Assembly: GCA_051294905.1 (NCBI GenBank)
Contig: CM119374.1
Location: forward strand, 20,584,001-20,648,000
Source: Botryllus schlosseri
Lineage: Eukaryota
Length of the DNA: 64,000 nt
Direction of reading: 5' to 3'
Under the pieces are notes generated by a model. The model saw only the letters and a list, made by a program, of their open reading frames with translations, was not told the DNA's origin and did no database searches. Numbering within the stretch: position 1 is the first letter of the stretch; every line of letters begins with the position of its first letter. A program made the translations under genes and the position numbers. Shown here one piece after another: positions 40,168 through 52,330 of this stretch.

Positions 40168-41822
40168 GTGTGTCACATTCGAGTAGGCTGGCTGACATTT
40201 GCCGTGGTATTCGTTGTGACTCTTGAAGAGTGTGTTGCGATTCTTTGGCTTGACACACTCCTAGATGGGCTTCCCGTGCAAGTATCATGTAGCAGTGCAA
40301 TTGAATTACTTCCTGTTTACCTGTATAGTAGATAGAACGCCGGCGCCCGTCTACCGATGCGTGACTGTGCCTGTGACGCGACAACCCTCTGGCCTGCTGC
40401 GACCGATCTTGATATCGTGGATTTTTACATGTTCTAGCGAATATGAAATGTATTATTTATGTTCTTCTTTATTATTTCACACTATCAATTCGAATGTTTC
40501 TTATTTTGAGTAGAATTTCTTTTATGATGCCTTCGACGCGTTACTTTTTGCTATTGAATAAATCTTGCTGGAAGGTCGAATTCGCTGCTGTGAATGATTG
40601 TTCTGTCATGCATCTTCCAGTAGAACTGATGTCCCGACGTCTGTATTACAAGAATTGGTTTATTGTCGTTATAAGATCTGTCTAAGATTGGTTTCTCTGG
40701 AAATATTCAATTTGCGCGGGTAATACTCTGAACGCACAACTACATAATTGAATCTAACTGAATAGGTCGATTTGAAAGAATTCCTAGTAAAGAAAGTATA
40801 TTCCTTCCTGTCATGGTATATTCCTAGAATGGCTTCGCTGTGACAGAAAGTTAGCGTGATCTAGTCTGGCGGTGTGCAACGCGCGAAACTAATCTACACG
40901 TGCATTTCGGGATCGACCGTTTCCGCGCCGGCACACATGAAGCATGCGGCTGCGCAAAGTGCGGTGCCCAAAAGATTGACGGCGTTAAATCCTTTGCTCA
41001 AAATGACCGTGGCATGCTGTCCGACACCCTCGATATTGATATGTCAAGGCGCCGATTCGTCTTGTCCTTGCAATGGAGAATGCGGTCCACAGAGGAACAT
41101 AGCTCTCTCCATCGAATAAATATTACTATGAAAGATAAATTCCATGTAATATCAACATCACTGAACCAAACACCAATGCGTTTCATAGAACTGCGTTGCG
41201 TTCAACAAACTGCACCTTTTCTAAGGTGTGGGGGAGGAAAATCTTTTCAGGATGAGATTTTTTTTCAGCCAAATTGACCGTAAACTAGTGGTTTCACAAA
41301 GTTTTATGAGATCATCGAACCGGTTAGCATTACTGGTTTCTGTCAATCACCTTTTGTAACAGAACTATGCCTGAAGAAATTTGGAATTTGCGAGAAAATA
41401 ATTGAATCCGACCACTGCCGTAAACCCCATACGCATACCGCACCCGCAATTATAATACACTACGGACGATTCAGCTTTAAAGCACTTCATACATATTTAG
41501 CACTAGAGAAGGTAACCCAATCAAGAGACAGACGGCTTTATGTAGCCATCGGAAGATGTATCCCAAACAATAGATCGCAGTATGTAGGAATCTTTATGTA
41601 GCCACTACCAATCACAGTAAACATGATCTTGTTACGAGGGGATATCAAATATTCTTTTTTAAATTTCGGTTATGCTAAAACTAAATTTGTCATATCATCG
41701 ATTGCTATTGCCGAAAATTAAATGCGGTTACTGTGAACATTTATACATCCAGGGGCTTCTTCGCTACTTATTGAGATTTTTGAATAATGAAAAGATAAGA
41801 GAGTGCCGAAATGACATGTAGT

Positions 41823-42226
41823 TGGGGTTGCAAAACAAAAATCAATTAAAAACAAACATGTTTAAAACAGATTCTAATTTAAAACATGTTTTTTTTCAGC
41901 CATGGCGTCACGGATATTCAATTGTGACGTCATAATGGATTGACAGTATAGGGTAAATATAGCTCCTTTGACGAAATGCTGGCTGTTGAATCGACTATTT
42001 TTAGGGTTCCAACCATCCCATATCGATATATGTCGACTAAATCGGGTGGTACCTGTCCGTAGGCTCAGATAACATGTTTTTTTCGAAAGTATTTACAGAA
42101 TTATGGCATAATTTTACAACTTGAAAAAAAAATTGTTCTTTCCAAAAGGCCTTTTTTTAAAACACTGTTTAAAACATGCTTTAAACAAAGTGTTTTAAAA
42201 CACCGTTTGTTTTAAATGGAACCCTA
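41823..42226 (-). mobile_element. Inverted copy of the 32191-32644 hAT MITE
   Basis: Colinear reverse-complement similarity along its length; flanks CATGTAGT / ACTGTAGT (6/8). Confidence 0.8.
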
Positions 42227-42642
42227 ACTGTAGTAGTAACTGTAGTAGTCTTTTAATCTAGCGTTACCGATGCTGCCATATGTCCTCTTTTAAGAGGATT
42301 TGTTCTCTTTTTTTCAATAAATTGAAATGTCCTCTTTTTTGGGAATTTGTCCTCGACGCAGCGAACGCCGGAGCTGGCAAGACAATCTACGAAAAATACG
42401 GCGCAAAGGGTATTTCGGGAGTAGAGATGAGAAAGATGACTTTTTTTAGTCAACACCGCGAGAGTAACTTAAAAAGCGGGTAATTCGGGAGCCGAGTAAA
42501 AGTGATGACCTTTTTGTTAGTAAGCACAGAACTAGAGGTAGAAAATTTTTCAAAATGACCAGTTTTCTTTCGCGGTACTGTAGTTTTCATAATTTGAAAA
42601 TTTTCCTCTTTTCCGGTTCTCAAAATATTTAATTGAACAGTA

Positions 42643-42782
42643 AATTCATACTGAAATGAGCCCGAATATTTTCGGCTGACACTCGTCAGGGGTAATCGTC
42701 AGCAATCGTAGAGAATTGGTGACGATTAGCCTACACCTGACGAGTGCAGCCGAAAATATTCGGGTTCATTTCAATATGAATT
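42643..42782. repeat. ~140-bp palindromic (hairpin) MITE
   Basis: Left arm AATTCATACTGAAATGAGCCCGAATATTTTCGGCTG..ACTCGTCAGG is near-perfectly complementary to the right arm ending CATTTCAATATGAATT. Confidence 0.8.
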
Positions 42783-42862
42783 ACTAGTCAATTGGGTATT
42801 GAAGTTCTGTACCTCCAAGAAGCTCTTCTAACCCTATTTAATCAGACACCGTTGACCGACAA

Positions 42863-43225
42863 TAGGGTTGCCATATTTTGGAAATATGAAAAGAGGACAC
42901 TTTTTCCAAATTTTCAGACTTGCAATAACGGAGCAAAATACCGAAAAATTGGTATAATTTTTGCACTTCGTGGTCGGTTGACGAAGAAGGTCAACTTTCT
43001 GGCTCAGCTCCCAAAATACAGTTTTTCTTTCAGTTTATCAGTTGGTTGACTAAAAAAAGGTCAACTTTCTGGCTCAGCTCCCGAAAAAGCCGTCGGAGCG
43101 TTACTTCGGTGGTGATCCACTGTATATCAGTCGAATTTTGCCCTATATTTAACCAAAATTCTCAAAAACGATGACAAAATCTCAAAATAGAGGACATTTG
43201 TGCGTCCAGAGGGGACGTAACCCTA
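42863..43225 (+). mobile_element. TAGGGTT(A/G)CC-family hAT MITE (an inverted fragment of the same family lies at ~42274-42640)
   Basis: Ends TAGGGTTGCC / GTAACCCTA, GAGGACA repeats, two TTGAC..AGGTCAACTTTCTGGCTCAGCTCC modules. Confidence 0.7.
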
Positions 43226-44259
43226 GCCTACGTGCATGTAAAGGCGTAGCATACTAGCAATAGAAATGCGTTCATTTCGATATGTGAGGCTTGGGTCGCG
43301 AAATGCCAATAAAACTAACGATTTAGGAAGCGGGCTGGCAAACCGAAAGGCCAGAAGAAAAGATGCTGCAATTGCTGCATGTTATCGTTTGAACGTAAAC
43401 AACACAAGCGATAATCCATCTTGATTGCGGACAATACTTAATTAATTAATTACTGAAACCTGCATGTGACCAGCAGTCAAGTCTGTAGCAACCGCCGGGC
43501 CAATTATGAGCTAAAATGGCGCGAACATGCCTCGCACACTGCAGCACGAGAGAGACAAGATCATATTTCAATGTCATTGTTCACCGAGCCCTTCTAGTCC
43601 CTCTTTTCTTTCTTTTGGAAAGGTTGCAGCGGAAAATCAAAGAAGAGAGCGTCATAAAATCGTGATTCCAAATTACCGCCTTATGTAGCTTTAATGCTTC
43701 ATATTGCGCTGGAGGAAGGTAGCTCGGTCGATATGCTTGCAGCCGTTTCGTATTCGAACCTAACCGCACCTGCCATATCGGTTATTTTGATATCTATTGT
43801 GCTAAAAAAGCTCAGACCTGTAACTGTAACAATGTTGTGAAAATGGGTGGCGGCATGTTCGATATGCGAGCCTATTCGGAGCGTAGAATGGTCATTGGTC
43901 AAGTCATGGAAGTAGATATGGCACTTTCCATTCCAATTTCACGTTAACTGTAGACTGTAAACTGTATAATGATCGCGTACTTTCTGATAGCTCTCGTAGA
44001 GCCTTTCCAGTATTGGAGCGCGGCTAGGAACCGAGTCAATATATGTAGCTAGGATGAGAATTTTGCAGGCAGCGAAACATTTTCAGCCGTTGGTTACGTT
44101 ATTGATGACAGCTAGAACGCGACATAAGTATATATTTCGCCTACCGACAAATGTCACTTCATTTTCATGGCTAGTTCTTTTTTTGTTGCCTTCTGTTGAT
44201 TCAGTGCACAGCTGTGCTGTAGTGCAGGTGTGTGTGTACTGTGTAGTCTACCTTACGAC

Positions 44260-44787
44260 TAGGGCTGGGCAAAATCGAGTACCTGAGTGATTCGATTCTG
44301 AATCACGTAAAATGCTTCGAGTCGAGTCGAGTAATCGAGTATCACTCATTATGACGTCATAGCAGAATATTATTTGTCAAAGTTCAAATATGTACCTTTT
44401 AAGCGACCACAAAGAATATAATGCCTGTTATCCATCATATTAAGGATACTTTGTTATATTTTCGACCATACCGATTTCATTGCACTTGGTGACAATATTG
44501 TGGGATGATCATGACTTCAGAAATGTGCTATTTCCAGTAACGTTCGTAGCTTTGTACTTCATGTTTCGTATGCTACGATACGGCCAATCAAGGTTTCAAG
44601 GCTTCAACAGTGAAATTAGCATAAACTCGTTGATCGTTGATAAACTCCTCGTTGATAAATCAACTTTCAGTGGCGAGGAGCGTATCATTTCAGTACTCGA
44701 AAAAATCGTCTTTTACTACTCGACTCGAATCATTAAAATTAATACTCGAATCAGATTCGAGTACTCGAATCATTGTGCCCAGCCCTA
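44260..44787. mobile_element. hAT MITE with ACTCGA/GAATC subterminal repeats
   Basis: 12-bp TIR TAGGGCTGGGCA / TGCCCAGCCCTA; perfect 8-bp TSD CTTACGAC (44252-44259, 44788-44795). Confidence 0.9.
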
Positions 44788-45357
44788 CTTACGACACGGG
44801 TCCGCGAACTGGTTCCAAGGCTGGTACAAACCTCCTTGTTTTGTAATGTGATTGCTGTTGGTATGTAATTTTAACAGAAAGTGTGATTGGCTGCGTTGAG
44901 CGAAAGCTGCGTGCGCGTTAATTGCAAATCGCCTATATTCATGCTGCGGAGTATATATTTTTAAGATAACATGGAGCCAATGTCTGTATCTACTTGATTG
45001 TCACGAAACACACCTCGCGGAATAAGGTTTTCCTGTATTTGCGTCCATACAAACGGAGTATCGCCAACGCCTTCAACGCGAACCGGCATGTCTGTTCCCT
45101 CGCCACCCTAACACAGAGACCACAGCCGTGCTATACTAATGCGCAATGAAATATTATTATTAGTTGCAATATGTTGCCTATTTATTTGTTGCCTTTGTAT
45201 TGTTTCTGACATTACTTCAGTATTTGTGTAGTCGGCGAAGCAACAGTCTTTACTACGCGGAGGCTTCGATTTTGAGTCGTGGCAACAAAAGGCTAAGGAC
45301 CATGGCTTTAGGCAACTACAGCTTATAGATAGACCTATATTTCACAATAACCTATAA

Positions 45358-47338
45358 CGGTGCTTTTCAACCTGTGTGACGGTTCGCACTTGTGCGAATG
45401 AAAAAAAAATTGCAATGCGAATGACGAAGGAGGTGCGAATGAAAATCCGAACCAAGTGCGAATGAAAATCGTGAATAATTGGTAATTTTTTTTGTGACGT
45501 GGATAATTCAAATAAACCTAATAGGTAATTTAAGATCAGTGTAACTTTCGTAGTTGCGACGCAATTGTAAAAACTTGTTTAACTTACGACGCGCCACTAT
45601 AATCGTAGCTCTCACAAGCTGTATAGTGAATTAATATTTTCACATTATAATTATTACCTAACCAAAAGCCTGGTTTGGAAGCTGGTGTAGTGGTAGATGT
45701 ACTGTACAGTGTACACCATGCAGTACAGTATAGCAGCCCATTTGAGCCTGCGACAGGCTGAAGAAATGACGTCAAATTGTCTTTCTGCTTTCTTTCGCTA
45801 AACAATCATCAATTTCGTTCGTGTTCGTTTAGCGCAGTGGTTCCCAACCTTTTTCGATTCATCACCCCCTTTTCAAGCTCGACGCCGATCATCGCCCCCC
45901 AGATTTTGTGTACCGAAAAATCGGTATACAAACTGTAATGATCGGCGGGTTGACTAAAAAAAAAAAAAAAAAGGTCAACTTTTCAGCTAATTGTCGAATT
46001 TTGCACTTTTGCAACGAAATTTCCGTGGGTTGACTAAAAAAAAAAGGTAATTTCTCCGACTTGACTCCAATATAGCCGTTTTAACGCGTCATCGCCCCCC
46101 TATCGCCCCCTTCGCTATTGTCGCCCCCTTTGTCCATTTTCGCCCCCCTATCGCCCCCTTCGTCATTTTCGCCCCCCTAGGCCGCCAAATCGCCCACGTT
46201 GGGAACCAACCACTGGTTTAGCGCGAGGCACGAGGATGGTAGAAAATACCATCATTACAGATACAGACTCACATTTGCAAGTTACTGTAACGCAAATTTT
46301 TAACCCTTCAAGAGTTATTAAAGTATGCACCGCAAAGGGTATAATTCTTGGTCGACACGGTGCCAGAGCTATGTGTTAATATGTATGCAATATTTGTTGA
46401 TTTTATTGCAAAAAATCCTGCGATAGTTTTTACATATCCAAGGTCACTGTGTTGTGTACTGTAGCCAATAAGCGAGACACGCAGAAAATATGGCTTTATC
46501 ATGAGAATCCATGATAAGAGTTGTCCGACTGGTTTTTCTGGAAAACATGGTCGAAGACCGTTGGGATGAACTATAGTGTAGGGGTCTGCAACGAGCGAGT
46601 TCAGGCCTATGAGACCCTTCAATTTCGAGGCCAGCCCCTTCTGCGTCGGGGCACATGAAGACGTAAAGTTTTGGTCAAAAAACCGCTGATACAATGCGAG
46701 GCCAAAACATAAGCGGCGACAAGACCTTGGTCTAAAAATGACCGACGCTGGATGGCCAAATCTTCCGATATGGATTAGATATGCTCCGTTGTCGGCACGG
46801 AATAGTACAGTTCTTGCAATCTGAGTAGACAGTGGTACAACTGCGACACGCAGAGGAATTTAATTCGCCCTAATTTGAAATCGCGTGCTGTGTTGGGTAG
46901 AATTGTGGTGTGCCCGTTCTGTATGTCATACATGTCCGTAAAATTGTAGCATACAACTAATATTAAAAATGAATTCATTTTCATGAGTGAGGCTCGGGTC
47001 GCGAGATGCCACAAAACTAAGATTTTCGTGGTAGTTTAAAAGCTGCTTTACCGTTATTACACTGTTATGAATTTTCAAGTTTGATTGAGCTAAAGAGCAG
47101 ATCACACAGTATCGTGAGTTCTTGTACAAAACCCAACTACATTGTTTGTCCGAGAAGGGTTTTAGTGAAATAGTTGATACCTTAAGCTACATAGTAGCCA
47201 ATTTGTTGCACATCTGAACAAAATGTTGTTAAGTATCTTCATCTTCTTTTTGTATAACAATTTTCGATTAGTTTGTGCGAATGAAATTTATTTTACAAAA
47301 AAAGTGCGAATGGAGCTCAAAAAGGTTGAAAAGCACTG
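45358..47338. mobile_element. Non-autonomous hAT element (1981 bp) with GTGCGAATG subterminal repeats
   Basis: TIR C(G/A)GTGCTTTTCAACC / GGTTGAAAAGCACTG; perfect TSD ACCTATAA (45350-45357, 47339-47346). Its right end is repeated, inverted, at 63579-63830. Confidence 0.9.
45835..46215. mobile_element. hAT MITE nested in the 45358-47338 element, TCGCCCCC repeats
   Basis: Ends CAGTGGTTCCCAAC / GTTGGGAACCAACCACTG; perfect TSD GTTTAGCG (45827-45834, 46216-46223). Confidence 0.9.
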
Positions 47339-47473
47339 ACCTATAATATATATAGCCCTCTGCCACATGATCAGCAATCCCCCACGCAATACGTAGCACG
47401 TTTCTTCCGTTTGTTAGAAGAGTGATCAACCAGAAATATATATTCAGTTATTATACTCGTGGCAAAATCAAAG

Positions 47474-50400
47474 ATGCAATACACGAGCTGTAGCAGACCG
47501 TCGGCTTTCGGCTGTGCCTACACAACGCTGGTGAGTTATTCATGCGAATTGCAATTCTCTGCTGTCCGCACATTTCTTCGTACGTTCATATATATATTTT
47601 CGTGCCAAGATATTACACAATTGCAGTGCGCACATTGGGTTTTTCACATGTTCCATCAATGAAGAAATATCCATTCGACATGGGTTTGATATTCGTATCG
47701 TTACCGTACTTTTCCATTACTGGTAGTAAGTGACATAGAAGCGAATATCCGAAGCAATTGATTTACATTACATCCTACATGTAGTACACAGTACACACTG
47801 CGTGAATAGTTGGTTTCTTGTCACCATTAACCAGGTTAATGATTTGATTTAGCTGAGACAAAGATGCTTTATGCGCGGACTCTTTGCTAACGAATGGATG
47901 ACCTCTCTTCCAATATAGTAATTTTTTTGCAGATGATATTTGGCTCGCTATTTCTGTTCTTCATCCCATTCGTGTTCCACCCTGGAATGTTTGTCGACAC
48001 AATCAACCTGCGGGGTGGTGAGTATACCGCTGTACTTGTAATGCGAATTACTATAGCCACATGAATTGGTAACCAACTTGGATATCGGTTTCGCGAGCAG
48101 CACGTATCACTGAACAATGAACATTTCATGTTTTTCAGTACGATTTCCTCATGAAAATACCGAAGCACACACATGTTAATAATTCGAGAATCGAAAATCC
48201 TTTAGTATATAGTGAGATAAAGGTAACTGAAATGTGGCGAAACACACGCTGTGTCCTGAAATAGATCTTTTGGTACTCGCAATACCATTTTAACGTGTTC
48301 GTCAGTTATTCTGGAAGAAGAAAAAAACGACATTTTGTGAGATTCAACTCACGGCAGCTTCCCATGAGCGACAAAAATTTGAAACCATGCTTCCGCAATC
48401 CGCATAGGCTACTATATAGGATTATCTTCAGCATTGATACATAATGTCGATAAAATGTATGTATCATCAGACTGAAACTGATTTATCTCATGTTGGAAAT
48501 TGCCAGAAACATCAAGACATACATTGAATTGAAGGCGATGGCAAAATTAATCAACTCCAGTCGCGTCCTGGAATCTTCCAATGGTTGTCTCTCCTCATAC
48601 ATAGGCACTAGGCCAGGAGTGGGCAAACTTTTGAGCCCGCGGGCCGCATACAACATCTGAATCCATTCGCGGGCCGCACTACGTAAAATTGGGATTATAA
48701 ACCAAAACGCAATATTGGTATTTGATTATATAGTGATGACATGGAGTTAATATATATGCTTATTTAAAACAAACCAAACATTGCTTCGATGATATCGTAC
48801 ACGTGTCAGAAACAGTGGCGAGATTTCATAGGCTGGTCGACCTCAATAACCAATTTTTCAAAACTCTAGAGATAAAAGTCGGTTGTCCCGATTCTTAGAA
48901 CAGGATTGAAATTTAAATTTGTGAGCATCGATCTGCTCATAGATTTACTAATCGCACTTATGGTTCAGTTCCAGGACACGCAATGCTGACAGCATCATAA
49001 CCATGTTAGCTTCAAGCACACTTCTACTATGTGTAGATAAAATACAAGTATCCAATTCTACGCATACAGAGAACGAATCTACCTAAGACGAGCGCGAATC
49101 GATTTTTATAAGCACATCACTGAGATAATTAAAACTGGAGTTGTAAATCTGATCCGAATAATGTCAATCTCGTTTAGGATTTCTTTGATGTTTAGCAGTT
49201 GAAACCTTTCAAACTGGGTGGGCCTTTAGATCGGGCTGTCGCTCCCGACATTAAACATAAAAAAATAATATAGGAAGTATTTACCTTAGAACAATGGTTC
49301 TCAAACTTTTGAAGACACGACCCCATCCCCCCTTATGATGGTGAAAGACTTCGCGTACCCCATATCGTCATATCACAAAACGTAACCAGGACGCTAGCAA
49401 ACCTAACGGGTATAGTTTCATGGCATGGAAGATTACCACTGTGGATGAGAGATTTTTAAATATGAAATTCCGACTCAATACAGAGGAGCAATTATGAATT
49501 ACATTTACACATAATGAAAATTTGTCCAGTAGAGTCGTGATGTTAATTCAATTCGTCCCCATCAACAAATTTTCAAATGACGTTTTCATTCAGTCCATGC
49601 CCCGGCGTACGAGAACAAGGATGTAAACAAGGAAGTGCGAAGACGCAATGATTGAAATTCGAATTGACGATCAAGTCATTACTAAACCATTAAAAACTTA
49701 TCATACTTTTTAGATTTACTGGTGGATGCCGAAACGCAGTACACGTCAATATGTATCGTATGCTTTGGATCGCTATTCCTCGCCATTCTCTCTGTCTTGT
49801 GCGTTACTGGAATACAGATGGTACGTTTGCAGTCATGTCCAGAGGCTAGATCTGCTATGAGTTCTAAATTTCCCGGTGTCAATTATTCGTTGACGAGAGC
49901 GATAAGGTGGATCCGTATGGAAGACATACTGTATTTTCGTTGCAGGACCGCGGTGGGTTGTTGGTTCCATATTTGATAGCCGAGAGTCTCCTCGCCTTAC
50001 TCGTCATCACTGCTTCATGCATCATCATCTTTTACATCAGCGCGATTGATTATTTGCTACGGAATATAGGCTTAGTACCTAATGCGGTTGGTATATTCAC
50101 TTCGATTACACTAGCAAGTATGCCGATTGCCGGCCGAAGGATTCAAACGCTCATTTTTCCAGGAAAGGATTGTGGTTATCAAAGCGGTTGTGGTCCTGAT
50201 GATATTGATGATCAACTGGATATTTGTGAGTATTTGTTTGTTTGGTATTCATGGTGTTGGCCCACTTCTACGCATTTTGTAAGACACCGTGGGCGTATGA
50301 GTCGAAAAAAAATTGAAGGGAAGGGGGTAATTTTTTACGAATTTAGCGGAATCCCCCATATCCATCGAGCCTTTAATTTCAACACCACCCTTTACACACG

Positions 50401-51784
50401 ATTCATAGACGCACACACACCCTTCCGTAGCGACCTAAATCCGGTATTAGACAATCGATTCACGAACAAGCCTCAAACCATTGAGAATCTGATTTGTAGT
50501 CGCGCGAACCGCGAACATTTTTTGTGATAAATAATTGAAATTATCAATAATGAAAGTACTTGTAAATGCATTGCAGATGATCACTGATCAAGTGGTGCCT
50601 TCGAAAGTTAAGGAACGTAATAATAAATCTTGAGCATATGAGCAATTTTCACGCCGCACGCGGTTAACAGGTTTCAGGAAGTTCTAGCAGGTTGACTTTG
50701 GCTGGGTCCATTATTATTTATTGCTTCCTTTAAGCACGTTCCTACTTAGTGACCTCTGGTACAGATTGTTGCTACTCTAAGGGTATTGGAATAGATCACA
50801 TGCACCAGACCAAACAAAGAAATACTTCATTGGTCAGACTCGTGCGATTTCAAATTCGCACTTATTCACGGGGACAATATTTTAATGTGCGAGTTGCATT
50901 CCTACCGCGGAGGTCTGATTGCAAGGACAGTACTATATTCGGCGTCAGCAATTGAAGGCTCCATCAAACACGCGGCGATTTTTATCGCCGTCAATCATTC
51001 TGGGAGCGCACTTCGTGGAGTCGCATTTCGAGGGTAAAGGCCGATACCTAATAGTCCCCGATTCGCATTCTACACACCACTACACTAAAGCATCCAACTG
51101 TCTCACGCAATGCTAGGAAGATCCCTTTCGCTCATGATTATAAAATTATGCGCATTTTTTTGAAAAAAATGAGTCGGGAGGGTTTACCATAATAAAACTA
51201 GAAAATACAGCTATCTAAATCACGAGACGAACAATTTTTGGTTGAATTCACCTGCCCAAAAATACTCTATATTGATTTACGAAAATTCACAAAAAATGTG
51301 GGGATGACCACTTTCGCCCCCTGGCTATGCCAATGCTGTCACTATGCACTGTTTAATGCGGATATCCCAATGAATACGCGTTTGTCAGTGGCGAGATAGC
51401 GCAGTGGCATAATCCGCGGCTGCAACACCAATGGTTTGCGGGTTCGAGTCCGACCGGGGGTCGACTTCAGAATTCCTATACCTAAGTGTTGCAGGTTTAT
51501 CTGGGCTCCTCCTCGCCAACTCATCGGCGTAAGCGGTGTCTTACAAAAAGCCTAGAAGCGGGCCGTACTATAAGTCGGCAGTTACGGAATTAAAATGAAT
51601 GATATCGGCCTGGTGTAAATGACCGTAGTAGTCGACAAACACCATGAATACCCCAAAACAAACAAACGTGTTCGTTGTTTTTCAGATCACGCCCGTAATC
51701 ATGGTGAGCATCCACTGCCACCATATTTTTTCGGGAACCGTCGGGCAAGGCAGACAGCACCAACTGCCTTTCAACAGCTACTGA
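47474..51784 (+). CDS. LAPTM4-like four-TM protein, paralogue B, 183 aa. Exons 47474-47530, 47933-48017, 49714-49820, 49946-50086, 50163-50225, 51686-51784
   Basis: Canonical splice sites, phases 0-1-0-0-0, 552 nt in frame. Exon-by-exon homology to paralogue C (CAYTTL|, IPFVFHPG, GSLFLAILSVLCVTGIQM|, GLLVPYLI, NWIF|, ITPVIMVSIHC). Confidence 0.82.
48614..48690. mobile_element. Terminus of a Charlie/Buster-type hAT element (paralogue B intron 2)
   Basis: CAGGAGTGGGCAAAC followed by two GCGGGCCGCA motifs. Related termini at ~58615, ~62670 and ~63211. Possible decayed transposase C-terminus on - strand around 48950-49200 (weak). Confidence 0.5.
51390..51667 (+). mobile_element. tRNA-derived SINE (paralogue B intron 5)
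   Basis: A box TAGCGCAGTGG (51397-51407), B box GGTTCGAGTCC (51441-51451), GGTTTATCTGGGCTCCTC core, CAAA-repeat tail. No tRNA acceptor stem. Confidence 0.75.
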
Positions 51785-52089
51785 ACTACAATATTCACTA
51801 AGAGTACTATGGGGTGAATTCGCTGTCGAGTCTGAAATCTCTTAATGAACAGTCTGCAGTATGTGTTTTGTGGTGAACAAGTTTACAATGCCTGATCTTT
51901 TAGGTTCGTTGGATGGTTATTTCGTTCCAGTAATCGATTCTTTTTTGGTGTCTTTATGTAACGCCTCAGAACGCGTACTTTTCATGGTGCTTTGAGTTAA
52001 CATGCGAGTGGTCGCAGGGCGTCTGGATTCGTAGTTTCTCTCAATTCTCTCTTGATTAAGTTGAGGTCACAGAAATCTGAAAAAAGTTA

Positions 52090-52330
52090 ATGGTGACGAT
52101 AAGCGCCTACCAATTCGGCGGAACTGGTTCGATTCCCGTCGGAGGTTTATCTGGGCTCCTCTTCCCCCGCCGTCGCCGTTCCTAGGGCGGCAAAAAAAGA
52201 CCCGAGAGAAGAATGAAAGCACTCACAAGGAATGGAAAGAGCTATTAGAAAGGGCCGCGGCGTCAAAAAGATCAACAACGAAAAGAATTGTGAAAAACTT
52301 GAAAAAAAAAAGACAACAGTGGGCGCCATG
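52090..52330 (+). mobile_element. tRNA-derived SINE, third copy
   Basis: B box GGTTCGATTCC (52126-52136), CGGAGGTTTATCTGGGCTCCTC core, GCGGCAAAAAAAGAC plus purine-rich body like the 15970 copy. Confidence 0.65.

Noticed and set aside
49907-50527. 206-aa ORF as a single gene
   Set aside because: It is exon 4 of paralogue B read through into intron; the real exon 5 (50163-50225) is in another frame and the tail runs into repeat sequence.
51390-51465. tRNA gene
   Set aside because: A and B boxes are present but the acceptor and T stems do not pair, and the downstream core is shared with two other dispersed copies: a SINE.
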